64,000 nucleotides of DNA. It comes from the human T2T-CHM13v2.0 reference genome, Homo sapiens. Location of the stretch: NCBI RefSeq assembly GCF_009914755.1, contig NC_060927.1. One strand, given 5' to 3'. Position 1 is the stretch's first letter, and each line of letters begins with the position of its first letter. Under the pieces are notes generated by a model that saw nothing but the letters and a program-made list of their open reading frames with translations, had not been told where the DNA came from and did not search any database. Below, one piece after another: positions 41,354-54,810 of the stretch. The position numbers were made by a program, and so were the translations under genes.

Positions 41354-42577
41354 AAATGGACTCCTTCCTTACACCTTATACAAATATTAAATCAAGATGG
41401 ATTAAAGACTTAAATGTAAAACCTAAAACTATAAAAAGCCTAGAAGAAAATCTAGGCAATATCATTCAGGACATAATACACTGGCAAAGATTTCATGACG
41501 AAAATGCAAAAAGCAATTGCAACAAAAGCAAAAACGGACAAGCGGGATCTATTTAAGCTAAAGAGCTTTTGCATGGCAAAAGAAACTATCATCAGAGTTA
41601 ATTGACAACCTACAGAATGGGAGAAAAATTTTGCAATGTATCCATCTGACAAAAGTCTAATATCCAGATTCTACAAGAAACTTAAACTAATTTATAAAAC
41701 AAACAAAAAAGCCATCGAAAGTGGGTAAAGGACACGAACAGACACTTCTCAAAGGAAGGCATTCATGTAGCCAAAAAACATATGCCAAAAAGCTCAAAAT
41801 CACTGATCGTTAGGAAAAGGCAAATCAAAACCACAATGAGATATTGTCTCATGCCAGTCAGAATGGTGATAATTAAAAAGTCAAGAAACAACAGATGCTG
41901 GCGAGGCTGCCAAGAAATAGGAACACTTTTACACTGTTGGTGGGAATGTAAATTAGTTCAAACACTGTGGAAGACAGTGTGGCAATTTCTCAAAGATCTG
42001 GAAGAAGAAATGCCATCTGATCCAGCAATTTCATTACTAGGTAATATACTAGGTATATTACCAAAGAATACAAGTTATTCTAGTATAAAGATACATGCAT
42101 GCATATGTTCACTGCAGCACTGTTGACAATAGCAAAGACATGGAACCAACCTAAATGTCCATCAACAGTAGACTGGATAAATAAAAATGTGTAACATATA
42201 CAGCACGAAATACTATGCAGCCATAAAAAAGGAACAAGACCATGTCTTTTGCAGGGGCATGGATGGAGCTGGAAGCCATTATCCTCAGCAAACTAACGCA
42301 AGAACAGAAAGCCAAACGCTGCATGTTCTCACTTATAAGTGGGAGATGAATGATGAGAACACGTGGACACGTGGGGGACCAACACACACTGGGGCCTCTT
42401 GAGGATAGGGGAAGGGAAAGCATCAGGAAGAACAGCTAATGGTTACTGGGATTAATACCTGAGTGATGGGTCTATCTGTGCAGCAAACTACCATGGCACA
42501 TGTTTACCTGTGTAACAAACCTGCACATCCTGCAAGTGTACCCTGGAACTTAAAATAAAAATTGATAAAATTTTAAA
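41354..42577 (+). mobile_element. 5'-truncated L1PA8/8A with 12-bp TSD
   Basis: ORF2 C-terminus 41782..42126 ([23 protein letters not shown]); L1PA8-type 3'UTR (gcatcaggaagaacagctaatgg). TSD aaagaaagtcaa (41342-41353) / aaagaaagacaa (42578-42589). Confidence 0.9.
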
Positions 42578-42922
42578 AAAGAAAGACAATTATTTTTTAT
42601 AGAACCCATGATCTTATACTTAGAAAACCCTAACAAATTAATAAAAAAAGTAAGAGCTAAAAAGTGAATTTAGCAAAGTTGCAGGATACAAGATTAATGT
42701 ACAAAATCAGTTGCATTTTATACAATTACAATGAATGAAATTGAAATATAATTAAGAAAACACTTTTCCTTACAGTAGCATAAAAAGGATAAAATACTTA
42801 GTAATAAATGTAACCAAAAAGTGAAAGACTTTACACTGAACACTATGAAACATTGTCAAAATAAGTTAAATATGACCTAAATAGACATGTTTATTTAGAC
42901 ATATTATATGTTTGTATATTAA

Positions 42923-43187
<265 letters not shown>

Positions 43188-43262
43188 AAGTGTTTTCTTA
43201 ATTATATTTCAGTTTTGTTCATTGTAATTGTATAAAATGCAGCTGATTTTGTATATTGATCT
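43188..43262 (-). repeat. 75-bp inverted copy of 42691-42765 at the AluY 5' junction
   Basis: Reverse complement matches 42691-42765 at 69/75 positions, ungapped. Confidence 0.92.
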
Positions 43263-44045
43263 AAGACAATATTGTTTAAATAACATTTTAACAAGTCGAC
43301 CTCCAGATTAAATACAAATCCATCAAAATTCTTGTTGTCATTTTTTTCTTTCAGAAATGAAAAGCTGATTCTAAAATTCATAGAGAATTGCAAGGAACAC
43401 AGAAGAATGAAGAGTATCTTTAAAAAGGACAAAACTGGAGGTCTCACACTTCTCAATGCCTGAATTTACTAGTAAACTACACTAATCAAACAGTGTGGTA
43501 TTATCATAAACATAGACAGACATGGATCAATGAAATAGAACTCAGAGTCCAAAAATAAAACAACATATTTATGGTCAATTGATTTTCAAGAGAATTGGTA
43601 AAAACTCTTAATGAGAAAAAAATATTTTCAATAAATGGTACTGAGACAACTGAATATTCACAAGTAAAAGAATAAATTTGGACCTCTACATTATGTCATA
43701 TATAAAAATTAAATCAAAATGGATCGAAGACTTAAATGTAAAAGCTGAAAATATAAAATTCATAGAAGGAAATATATGTGTAAATCTTCAACACTTTACG
43801 TTAGCCAGTGGTTGTTGAAACATAGCACAAAAGACACAATCAACCAAGAAAAAAATAAACTGTACTTCATCAAAATTAAAAACAATTTTTGCATCATTGG
43901 ACACTACAAAGCAATGGAAAAGATAACTCATGGAATTAAAAAATATATTTCCGTATTATATATCTGATAAAAGTCTAGTATCCAGAATATGTAAAGAATT
44001 CTCACAAATAACAACTAAAAGATAAACAGCTAATTTCAAAAATGC

Positions 44046-44345
44046 AGCTGGGCACAGTGGGTTACAACTGTAATCCCAGAGCTTTGTGAGGTTGAGGTGG
44101 GAGGATTGCTTGAGGCTAGGAGTTTGAGACCAATCTGGGCAACATAGCAAGACCCTGTCTCTACAAAAATACCTTTAAAAAAAATTAGCCAGGTGTGGTG
44201 GTGGGTGCCTGCAGCCATAGCTGCTCAGGAGGCTGAGGTGGGAAGACTGCTTAAATGCAGGAGTTCAAGGTTGCACTGAGCTATAACATGCCACTGCACT
44301 CCAGCCTGGCCGACAGGGCAAGACTCTATCTCAAATAATAATTTA
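44046..44345 (+). mobile_element. AluJ
   Basis: ggaggattgcttgaggctaggagttt...caaggttgcactgagctataacatgcc; flanked by aaaaatg on both sides. Confidence 0.9.
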
Positions 44346-44477
44346 AAAAAATGAGCAAAGGACATAGACATTTTTCCATAAATATATAAAGTCAATAAGC
44401 ATCTGAAACAATGGTTAATATCATTAGGTCATTAAGAATTCAAACCAAGAACTACTCTAAACCCACTAGGATAGCAA

Positions 44478-44600
44478 GATGAAGAAGATACTAAAAGAAG
44501 GAAGAGGAGGAGAGGGGGAAAAAGAGGAAGAGAAGGATGGAGAAGGCAAAGGGAGGAGAAAAAGGTGGAGGAGGAGAAAGGGAGGAAGAAGATAATAAGA
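44478..44600. repeat. GA-rich polypurine low-complexity tract
   Basis: gaagaaggaagaggaggagagggggaaaaagagg... Confidence 0.85.
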
Positions 44601-45389
44601 AGTGCTGACAAGGATGTGGAGAAACTGGAATGTTTTATACATTACTGATGGGAATATAAAATGGTGCACTTGCTGTGGAAAAGAGTATGGCTATGTCTCA
44701 AAAAGCTAAAAGTAGGGTTATATCAGATAACTCAGAAATGTCACTCCTAGGTGTATGCCCAAGAGAATTAAACACATATGTTTACATAAAAACTTGTATA
44801 CAAATGTTGATAGGAGTATTATTAATAATAGTCCCAAATTAGGCACAATCAAAGTGTCCATCAAATGATGAGTGGATAAACAACTGTGGTAAATGCATAC
44901 AGCAGAATATTATTTAACCAAAACAGAAAAAGTACTGATACATGCTACAGTGTGGATGAACTTAAAACCATGCTAAGTTAAAAAGCCAGTCAATAAAGTC
45001 CACATATTATATGATCCATTTACATAAAATATCCAGAATAGTCAAATTTATACATGCAGAAACTAGATTAATAATAACAGGGGCTTGGAGTAGAAGGAAT
45101 AGTGTGTGGCTGTTTATTAGGTGTAGCTTATTTTTTTGGGGTGATAACAATATTCTGGAAGATAGTAGTAATTATTGCACAACATTCTGCATATACTACA
45201 AACTGTCAAATTTCACAATTTAACATGGTTAAAATGCTAAATTTTATGTAAATTTTACCCTCCTTTATTTTTTAATAAAATGAATTGTATTAATTTATTT
45301 ACTGTTCTTACCATATCAGAGTACTGACTATACCCAGTTGTACATTCCTCTTTTTTAGATGTATACTTAGCATGTACACATAAGTGTGT

Positions 45390-45500
45390 GAGGGTAGGAA
45401 CTATCTCAATGGTTTTTAGAGTTAGATTATTCATTTGTAACAATATATCTGATGTATCATGGGATCTTAATAAATGTTTGTTGAGTGAAAAATAAATGAC
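45390..45500 (+). mobile_element. L2 3' end
   Basis: cttaataaatgtttgttgagtgaaaaataaatga tail. Confidence 0.55.
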
Positions 45501-45669
45501 TGGCCTTATTCTTCTATGTTCCCCTTGAAAAACCTTAGTGAATCATAGTGAATGGCAGAATAATTTAGTAATAATATAATTAATCAAATTATACCCCAAC
45601 TTTCAGCTGTTGTGCTGAATTGATATTGCTACAGCTTGTGGTACTTGTGTAACTATTGATCTGGTAATA

Positions 45670-45821
45670 TTTTTTTTTTGACAGTCTTTTTCTGTTGTCC
45701 AGGCTGGACTGCAGTGGTGTGATCATGGTTCACTGCAGCCTCAACCTCCTGAGCCCAAGTGATCCTCTTGCCTCAGCTTCCCAAAGCACTGGGATTACAG
45801 CCATGAACCACCATGCCAGCC
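45670..45821 (-). mobile_element. Monomeric Alu (FRAM/FAM-like, or AluJ collapsed between monomers)
   Basis: Right-monomer body (gatcatggttcactgcagcctc) joined to a left-monomer start (cccaaagcactgggattacag). Confidence 0.8.
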
Positions 45822-46419
45822 AAATGCATTCTTTTATTAGTAATAGTCAGGAATAAGAATCAGATGCAATTTGTTCACATGTGACAGACAACAATATATA
45901 TTTAAAGTCTTATCCCAGTGCCTGTTTAATTTTCTATTTCTTTGTCACAGTGCATTCTGATGGGATCAACACCATCAGGACATTCTGCAGAATACTACAT
46001 TGACACATGTTATTGATACTAGCATGAAATCAGACCAAATAAATACAAATCCACAAATTATTTAGATTATTTGGTAATGCATTTGGGCTTTAGAGAATGG
46101 AAAGTAAACCTTACAAAAGTTCAGGGATATACTATGCAAGAAAATTTATGTGAGTAGTGGTCTGGAAAATACTTGCAAAATAAAGGACATAATAGTGTAC
46201 CTTGCACAACCTGCTACTAATAAAAGAATGTAATGCTTGCAGGATTGATTTTTAATAAAACATTCCTCAATTAGGAATGGCAAATTAGATACATTTATCA
46301 GGTGATACTGAAGGCTACTAGTTTTTAGAAGTTATAAAGCTGAAAAGGACTTTCCAGCATGTCTAGGACTATATGACCCAGCAGGTCCCATGGTATTAGA
46401 GATATGTATGTTAGAGAAA

Positions 46420-48480
46420 GTTTCCATGTGAGAAACCACAAAAAAGCTCCATTAAGAATCTGGAGCTTGTCGTCACAGATTATAAGCCATTCAAGACTGA
46501 GTGTAAGAAGATCCACAGTATTTGAGCCAATAATTGTATGTGTGTTAGTCCACATACAACTGAAGAGAGAATTGGCTCAAGGAAGGCATATATATAAAAT
46601 CATGGGCAATGGAAATTGAATTCACTCTTTGTTTGGGTACCTGGAAGTAGCAAGATTGGATGATTACATATAAGAATGTCTAGAAAGAAGCATATGTATG
46701 GATTAATGAGTAGATCTAATGAGTGAGAATATTTATATTACATGTTAATGCCAAGCAGAGGCATCAATTGCATTGGGCAATACACAGTAGAGTCAATAGA
46801 ATGACTGAACCAAGGATATCAGCCAACCTCTATCTTCAGTCACCATAGTGCCTTCTTAGTGAGCTTCTTAATTGAGCAGCTATGGTTAAAGATATCAAAG
46901 CTATGAATTAGGCATTGAAAATGGCATGGTTTCTTGTAGTAGATTGAAGGATTCGTCACAAACCCTTCCACTCTCATCAATCAACAGGTAATATGTATTT
47001 CTCAATTCCTTAATCTGTATTGGCCACGAGAAATGTTTTGACACATTTCATAAGAACAAATATAATGCAAAAAGACACAAGAAAATAGTATCACTTCAGG
47101 GGGTGTGCTGTCTCATTTTTCTTACATCTTTAGAAGCAGCCTGCTGGAGAGTGACAGGCCATCTGGGAGAATAACAAACAACAGTGACCTAGCCAAAGCC
47201 CATTTCTCGACAGATATTAAAGGCCATTCTAAGTGATCTATGTGTCATTTGACCCTCACTCTGACCAAAGACACATATAAGACTCCAGAATAAATCAGCT
47301 AGGTCATCCTATACTCCCAGAATAATGAGCTTTAATAAATGCTTAATCTTTTAATTCACTAAGTTTTGGAGTGGTTTGTAGTGTAGTAACAAGTAACAGA
47401 TATAGAAATGAGCACCAAGAAATGGAGTGCTGGCAGGGAGTAACTTAAACAGTGGCCTTGACTTTGCAAAGAGTTGGCTTGCAAAAGCAGGAAAAGAGTC
47501 AAGGAAGATGTTGGAAAAGATGTTAACTAGTTGTATAGTTGCAAACAACTGTAAATGTTGTGTTTTGACTAAACCTGCAAGGTAGAAAAGGTACCTAATT
47601 AACCATATACCTTAGAAAATGTCCCAGGGAGGGTTAAAAATGGTGGTTGACTTACTATAATTTCTTATAAGAAGATATGAGATAAAGTAATAAACTTCTG
47701 AAATAGGATCCCACAAACATAATCTTTGACCAAAATATTTTCTTTATGGAAAAAAAAATAATGTGGTTTGGGTGCACAACTCAAGGATTCACTGGTCCTA
47801 CTTCATATGACATCATCAAAAAAATATGCCAGCCACATAAACAATGGAATAAACATTGAAGGCATATCTGAAAATTCTACTTCGGAATGACACCTTGAAA
47901 GAATAGGGTATAGCCTTTAAAATATGGTAGACAAACAGCAATTATATGATCATTATCTGCAGTAGATAGAATAAATGAATCTAGAAGCAAAACAGTGCAA
48001 ATAGGATTTGTCCCATTCAGCAACACTGAGTACTCTACTTGGAGAAATATTACTTTTCATTATTGCAACTTTAGACTCTAATCACAAGAACGGACATGAT
48101 GATAGTCCTCATGGTAACTTTTGGCTCTTTGCATCAGTAAACTAGAATCACAGAAAAAGACTGTCATACTGGGAGGGGTAATTCACTGTAGTCAATGTGA
48201 GATCATGGGGCTATTGCAAAATAATGAAGGTGGAGAATTATATGTTTGACACTCAATCTACTGTAAAATATACAAATATAGCAAACATTATCTGAGAAAT
48301 GCATGCTAATTAGATATTCAAAATCCTTCAGGGATGAAAGCATAAATCACATCACCAGTCAAGCTACCCAGACCAACAGAAGTGTTGGCTAAGAGGAAAT
48401 AATATTTAAATATGTAGAAAAAAAGAAGGATAATATCAGTTATAGTTTTAGAAACGACTAGAGTGGAAGCTATAGGTCAT
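46420..48480 (+). mobile_element. ERVL internal remnant (HERV16/ERV3-16A3-like pol RNase H-integrase region), interrupted by MLT1
   Basis: tcatgggcaatgg...cctggaag..aagattgg, catgttaatgcc (HVNA motif), gattcactggtcctac (IHW.Y integrase motif). Confidence 0.65.
46935..47750 (+). mobile_element. MLT1 LTR (~46935-47403) plus the start of MLT1 internal sequence, truncated
   Basis: tgtagtagattgaag ... cactaagttttggagtggtttgtagtgtagtaacaagtaacagata, followed by gaaatgagcaccaagaaatggagtgctg. Confidence 0.7.
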
Positions 48481-48607
48481 CTAATTAAACTTTAATTTAC
48501 TCATTTTTGCAGAAAGTATGACAAATCTGAATCCTAGTGAAGCAGTGACAAGATAAAGTGAGGCTAATGTCAGGAGCAAGCCAGTCAGATTGAAGCACAT
48601 GATGGGT

Positions 48608-48958
48608 TCTAGTGGATGCTGTTTGGTTTCCCCCAGCTCACCTTTTATTAGGCAAGTATGTCCATTCACCAACCGTCATAGATTTTAAAAGAGCACTTTT
48701 CTCTGGAGAATATTCTCACCCAAATAGGAGTTGCCTCTTCTGTGAAACTAAGCTTCCTTGCTCAATAGAAAGACCTTATGCTTCAAATGTCAGATTTACA
48801 TTTGGATAAAATAGCAGTGAAATTTTCTCCAGCGTGGGGGCAACTTTGCCATGCAACTTATACTCCAGGCCTACTAGCAGGATTAAAGCTGAACCTCTTC
48901 AACAGCTGAGGCTGAGGCCACATTCTGGCTGATCTGTTTTTCCCTGATGTATCCTGCT
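48608..48958 (+). mobile_element. LTR16-family LTR, probably the 3' LTR of the ERVL remnant
   Basis: tagtggatgctgtttgg...gggcaactttgccatgcaacttatactccag...gctgaggccacattc. Confidence 0.55.
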
Positions 48959-49165
48959 GTGAAAGGATAAATGGAAAATAGTTTAGTCTTTGAGGGCTAT
49001 TTGATATTTATTCCAACTACTCAACTCTGTCATTGTAGCACGAAAGCAATCACCGTCAATAAATAAACAAAGGATGTGTCTGTGCTCTAATATAATTTTA
49101 TTTAGCAAACAGGCAGTGGGTGTGTATCATTTAATTCTTGGCAACCATTTGCCAATCCATCTACA
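48958..49165 (+). mobile_element. MER58A (hAT-Charlie)
   Basis: caactactcaactctgtcattgtagcacgaaagca...aaacaggcagtggg...tttgccaatcc. Confidence 0.8.
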
Positions 49166-49299
49166 TTAATTTGGGGAACAATAAATATTAAATGTAGGGT
49201 AGTGAGCCAACTATGTACTCAGAGGAAAATGTATAGTCCTAAAAACACTCATTACTGAACTTGGATGAATTAAAATATAAATGGCTAAAAATAACATTT

Positions 49300-51500
49300 T
49301 AAAAGATCATGTAAAACAAATAAATTAAGAAGGAAGTAAAGGAATAAGATTAGTTATGAATGGATTATAATAGAAAAAATAGTTATTATAATATAAAAAA
49401 GAAAGAGCTTTAAAAACTTCAACAGAATAAATCACAAGGAAGCCTAAGATAATATGGACAAAATGTAAATACAAATTTAGAAATGTAAATGTGATCAACA
49501 TGTCATTTACATTATTCCACCTGATGGCAAAAGTTGAAAATCTTCTTGTATTTTTTAAATCCTCTTTATGTTGGACTGAAAGTTGACGAAGAGAGCACAT
49601 GAAAGTAATATATAGTGTAGTAATCTAACACCAAAATTGATTCAAACATTCCAAATAAAAAATCACAATTAAAATGGAGCAATCTAGTAGAAAAATAAAT
49701 TTCATAGTCACATAGAATACATTTCAGTAATGCAATGATATCTAAACTTTAGGAAACATATTAAATGTATGAATATCTTGATGCATGAAGGAAAAACATT
49801 TGGTAGATTGGACATATATTGCTGATTAAAAACAATCAGTATAATAGGAATACATGTAACTATGTGCCATAGAACACATGTACTTTGATTAATGGTGGAA
49901 CTTTAAGAGCATTCCTATGAAAGTGAGAACTCAGATGGGGCAGCATGTTATCACCACTATCTTTTTCTAACACTTTCTAAAAGTGCCAGTCAATGGAATT
50001 TAGAAGAGAAAAAGAATAAGTTGTACAAATATTTGGATTGGCAAGGGAAATTTATTTCTGTATCAGGAAACTACATCAGAATAAAATTTATGTGTATGTG
50101 TTTTTGCTTAAATATATACATATAAATAAATATATGGGTATATTTGTGTGTATATATACATATAATTATTAATAATATATGGTTGAGAAAAGTGACTATT
50201 TACAAGTTACATATACAGAGTCAATTGTGGCAAGTGCTTAGACACTGGGTTCCTAGAAAACTTGGTTCAAGATACAACTTTGCCACTTATCAACTATGTA
50301 ATATGAATACATAGATAACCTCTTTGAGTATTAGCTTTGTGATCTGATAAACTGAGATAACAAGAATACCTACATATTTTTGCTAGTTTGGAAATATTGT
50401 TCATTATTCAGTGTAATATTATATATATTTAAATGAATAATATTCAATATCAAGATTAAGCATGAAAATATCAAATGTAATTACTAAAATGATTATCCAG
50501 AAAACTATAACATTTACTGGAGTTTAGTAAAAAAGTTAATAAAATTTGAAAAACTTTGTAAAAGCAAGAGGCAAACGCTGTCCTAAATGATATGTACTTT
50601 ATAATTCTCCCTTATATTAATGAATATAGATATTTTCTAGTTATACAGTAAACTTCCAAAGTCTCTCTGTTTAATTACTTTAATTTAGGACATTTTCAAA
50701 ATGACAGAACAGTCTTTGGAATAAACAGACTATGAAAAGATTCATAAAATTTCTGTGAAACAAAGAAAAATAATATGAGCAATATTCTCTAGTAATCCAA
50801 AAGTATTCTGGTAATCAAAAACGCACCATATAAAGTCAGAAGCGAAAAACTCAGTCAAGCAAGAAAGGGCACTACAGATAAGAGGGGATGAAGAGAGCAA
50901 GAGCCGAGGAGAGAGAGCGAGTCAGAGAAGGAGAGAGTGAAAGAGAATGAAAACTAAATTGTTTTCTGAAATCAGTGAGAAAAATATGGGTTGTGAAAGT
51001 AGTGTTCATATAAATAGCTATCACATTAAATTTTTAAAAGCTTATGAATATTTAAATAATTTTTGCCTCAGTAATCTTTAAAAAATAGAGATAAATAAAA
51101 CTTTATTTTCCTTATTAGATTAAGAAAAATATAAGTGATTTCAATGCTGATGTAGAAATAATCTACAGTGGGAATGTAATTTGGTGGGACATATAGAAGA
51201 CAATTTTACAATAAACAAGATGATGTTAAATCTGTGTATAATTTGACTTATCAACTCCACTTCAAGGCCTTTGATCTTAAAATGTATAAATACATACATA
51301 TATACAAATATGTTAGCCACTGTTTTTTATTTTAATAGGCAAATCTTGAAAGCAAATCAAATATTTAAAATATTTGATGTAATATATTATGGGAAAGCAA
51401 CTTTTGCAGCTATTTAAGACATTGAATAAATTTATTTATTTACCCAACTTACTTAGCTTTCATTACAAGAAATGCTACATCGAATTTTGACATAATATCA
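49300..51500 (+). mobile_element. Very old L1ME-like fragments
   Basis: A-rich + strand with ORF2-like motifs (gagcattcctatgaaagtgagaac..., acagtgggaatgtaatttggtg...gacaatttt). Confidence 0.45.
50225..50400 (+). mobile_element. MIR
   Basis: cttggttcaag..tttgccacttatcaactatgtaat...aacctctttgag...aaactgagataacaagaatacctac. Confidence 0.7.
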
Positions 51501-54500
51501 CCAAAATTACTATGGACTGCACTGTAATGCTTTTTCAATATTTTTAATGAATCGTAGGGAGTAAGGTGACTACTTTTTCAAAAGTTGAAATGGAACAATA
51601 ATCGTGCAATAAGGCAGAGCAAAAAGACAATACAAACCCACTGTAGTTTCTCTATACTCCCTCTCAACTTTACATATTAATGTGTATATTGTATTTTAGA
51701 TATAAATCTAAGTCACTGCTAAAATGTATCATACTCATATTTTGTAAAACTAAATGCAGCTGAAAGTAGTTTAAAGAGTTGTTTCTGTCATGTTTTATAC
51801 CATGGTAATAGTCTTAACAAGTATAACAGAGAAGAAACTTGAATAGATATGACCCATTTATTTCTTCTTGTTAAATGCATTTCACTATGTCTAGAAATTA
51901 CTATTGTTATAAAAGTTTTCTGGGTTTTTTTCTCAAGTAATTGCAGACATCATAAATAAACCATATAGTTCTTTTATGTGACTAAAGAACTTTGTGAAGC
52001 ATAAATTACTAAAAGGAAAAGCCTTCCTAATAACACTCGAAAACACTTTAAGATATTAGAGTGTTAGGTAGGAGAACTGGGAAAGTAGTTATAATAACAC
52101 TGCCCCACGTGACACCACAGATACTGATGAGAAGCAACACTAGAAATACTTCCAGAAGTAATGGCAAGACTCTAATATTGTCTGAAATGGGCAGTATATG
52201 CAAACAACAAACTTAATTGTTTTAAATCTAACAGTTACCTAAAGAGGGCATAATGAGTCCTAAACTCATTTATTCAGGCCAGATGATTCCAGGAAATAAT
52301 AAATGTGAAACCCAAATCTACTAAATTTTAAAGGGATGTTTTATTCTCAAATTCCAAAAATAGATTTAATTTTTATTATAATGTTAATATTGAAAATGTT
52401 TCAGAAAGTGTTACAAAACAAAATGAAATGCCATAATATTATAAGCAAAATTCATGGCTGTGATTAAAATTATATTTTTTGTGTGTCAATTTTACTATTT
52501 ATCAGCTTTTTGACTTTTTATACTACCTAAGATATTTAACTGCTTATTTTTCTAATGCATTTTATATTTTACTAAATCATATGATTTAAAAGAAAAATGA
52601 AACATTTATGCTTCTATTACTGTTTTAAAATTAATTCTTGAAAAGCTAAAAAAAGTATCATATTTTTCTATTTTAAATGTGAAAAAATAAAATTTTAGTT
52701 TTTGTAAATGCTTTCACTTTAAGATACCACTTTAAGGTGAGTGGTGGTTTTAAGCACAAGCAAATAAACACAGAAATACATTTCCTTTTTTTAACTAACT
52801 TTTGCATTCACTTCATGTCTCTGTGCATAATTGCTGTATTTCTAGAGCTAAAATAAAAGAAAACTTTAAAATTAAGATAATTTTCAAATCAAGAATTACT
52901 TTTGAGTCACTGTTCCCATAATAATTACTGATTGCATCTGAATTCATTGAGTACTTCATGCAAAATGAATTATGAGTGTTAGCCAAACTTCATAGAGTCA
53001 ATTTTTTTCATAATTACTTTATGGCAAATATTTTGTATTTGCAATACAAGGACCAAAACAATTAAGGTAAATTATATTTACAAAAGAAATAGAATGAATA
53101 CCAAAAATATTAAAGACATCCAACTATCACATATAACATATAAATTAAATTTCTACATTTACTTTTAGTTTACATTTGATTGTTTTGACATGTATTTAAA
53201 AGTGTCTTACAAAAATTGTATCTTTGAAATAAAATATATATCACATGAAAGTGAGAAGAGGCATAGACTTTGTAAGAACACAAGCAACAAATTACCGAAT
53301 AAAGCAACATTTTAAAAAAAGAAAAGTAAGCCAAAAATTAAACTTTCAAAATTAAAATACATAAGTAAAGAAAAAGAAACTATAAACAACAAACTGTAGT
53401 ATGTAGAAAGGAAATAACAGTAGTAATAAGCTATGTTAGCTATTTCAGCCAAATAGTTTTAACAAACATATCAGAAAACGGGAAACACCAGGACAAGTAA
53501 CAATATTCAGTAAGGGATATAAAATCAACATGACTTTCAAGCATGGGCACTCAGATTTTCAGCTCCAGGTTATTTTACAATAGGAAGAGAAAAAGTTTGA
53601 AAAAGTGCAGAAAGAACACAAAAGAATTTTAAAAAATCAAATACGAAATTTTCTCATTTAGGATTTTACTTTCTTTCCCCGCAAATGTGTAATGAATTGC
53701 TAGTAAAAATAAACAGATAAATAGTTCCATAAAATAATATATGCATAAACACAAAATCTTAGTACATTTGCCTTAAAAATTAGCAGTCAAATATATTTAA
53801 TTTATGCTAATTCTACATATAATAATCAGATATAATTCTTTTAAAGGTTAAAGAGCTACAAAAGAATTGTCAATACAAAAATGTTCCAAAAGATTGCAAA
53901 TATTCTGAAAGGCTATAAATGAGTGAGAAAAATAAATGATAGGCTTTTTTGTCATATTGTTTCTAATGGGATACCCTGGGAATAATGTCGAGACTGAGCT
54001 TTGTAACTCCGTCATTAATGAAATAAGAGAGAAATAAATAGGGTATCACTTTAAATCTGAAATTTTGTTAAATTAAGTTCTATTTAAAACAGATAAAGAT
54101 TACAATGAGACTTAACCTACATAAAAATAAATTAAGGTACTAAATGGCAAAATGTTAGCAAACAACTTGGTTTCATGTGGACTCTATGCATAATCACAAA
54201 TGCAATCTAAAGTAATATTTCTTTTATATTTATTTCAAATAAATATTGACTTAGTGTCTCTGATTTAGTAGAGGTGATGGATCCATATGAGTCCCTTAGA
54301 ATTTGGATTGTATTATTTTGTTTCTTTATTTGAACATAGTCTTCTTTAAGAATATCTGATCAAAGACAGCAAGGTGTATAACTACTTTTACTACAGTTTT
54401 AGAGTTCTTCATCCTGTAGTCAACCCATTTCTTTTCCAAAGAGTAGTGATGGTCATATGAATTAATTAAAAAATGGATTCAGTCTGTAACATCAATATCA

Positions 54501-54574
54501 CTTTTAAATTGCTTGGTAAAGAAAATGAAAAGTAAGAACACATATTTTTGGTTAAATATATAATTAAAATGACT

Positions 54575-54810
54575 AACCCATAAACAGTTCTAACTATGGT
54601 ATGTGAAAGATGTTCCTTACATATGTGAACTAATTTATTCGTTAAAAGAACACAAAGCGATAAATATCATTATAGTCACTTTCATTTTGCAAATAACAAA
54701 ACATAGATTCAGAAATGCTAAGTGCCTTAAAGCCAATCAGAGAGCTAACGACAGAGTTAGTATTCAAACTCAGTCTCGCTGCAAGCTCTATGCTCATGGT
54801 CAGTATATCG
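54575..54810 (-). mobile_element. MIR
   Basis: cattttgcaaataacaaaacatagattcagaaatgctaagtgcc...attcaaactcagtct. Confidence 0.65.
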
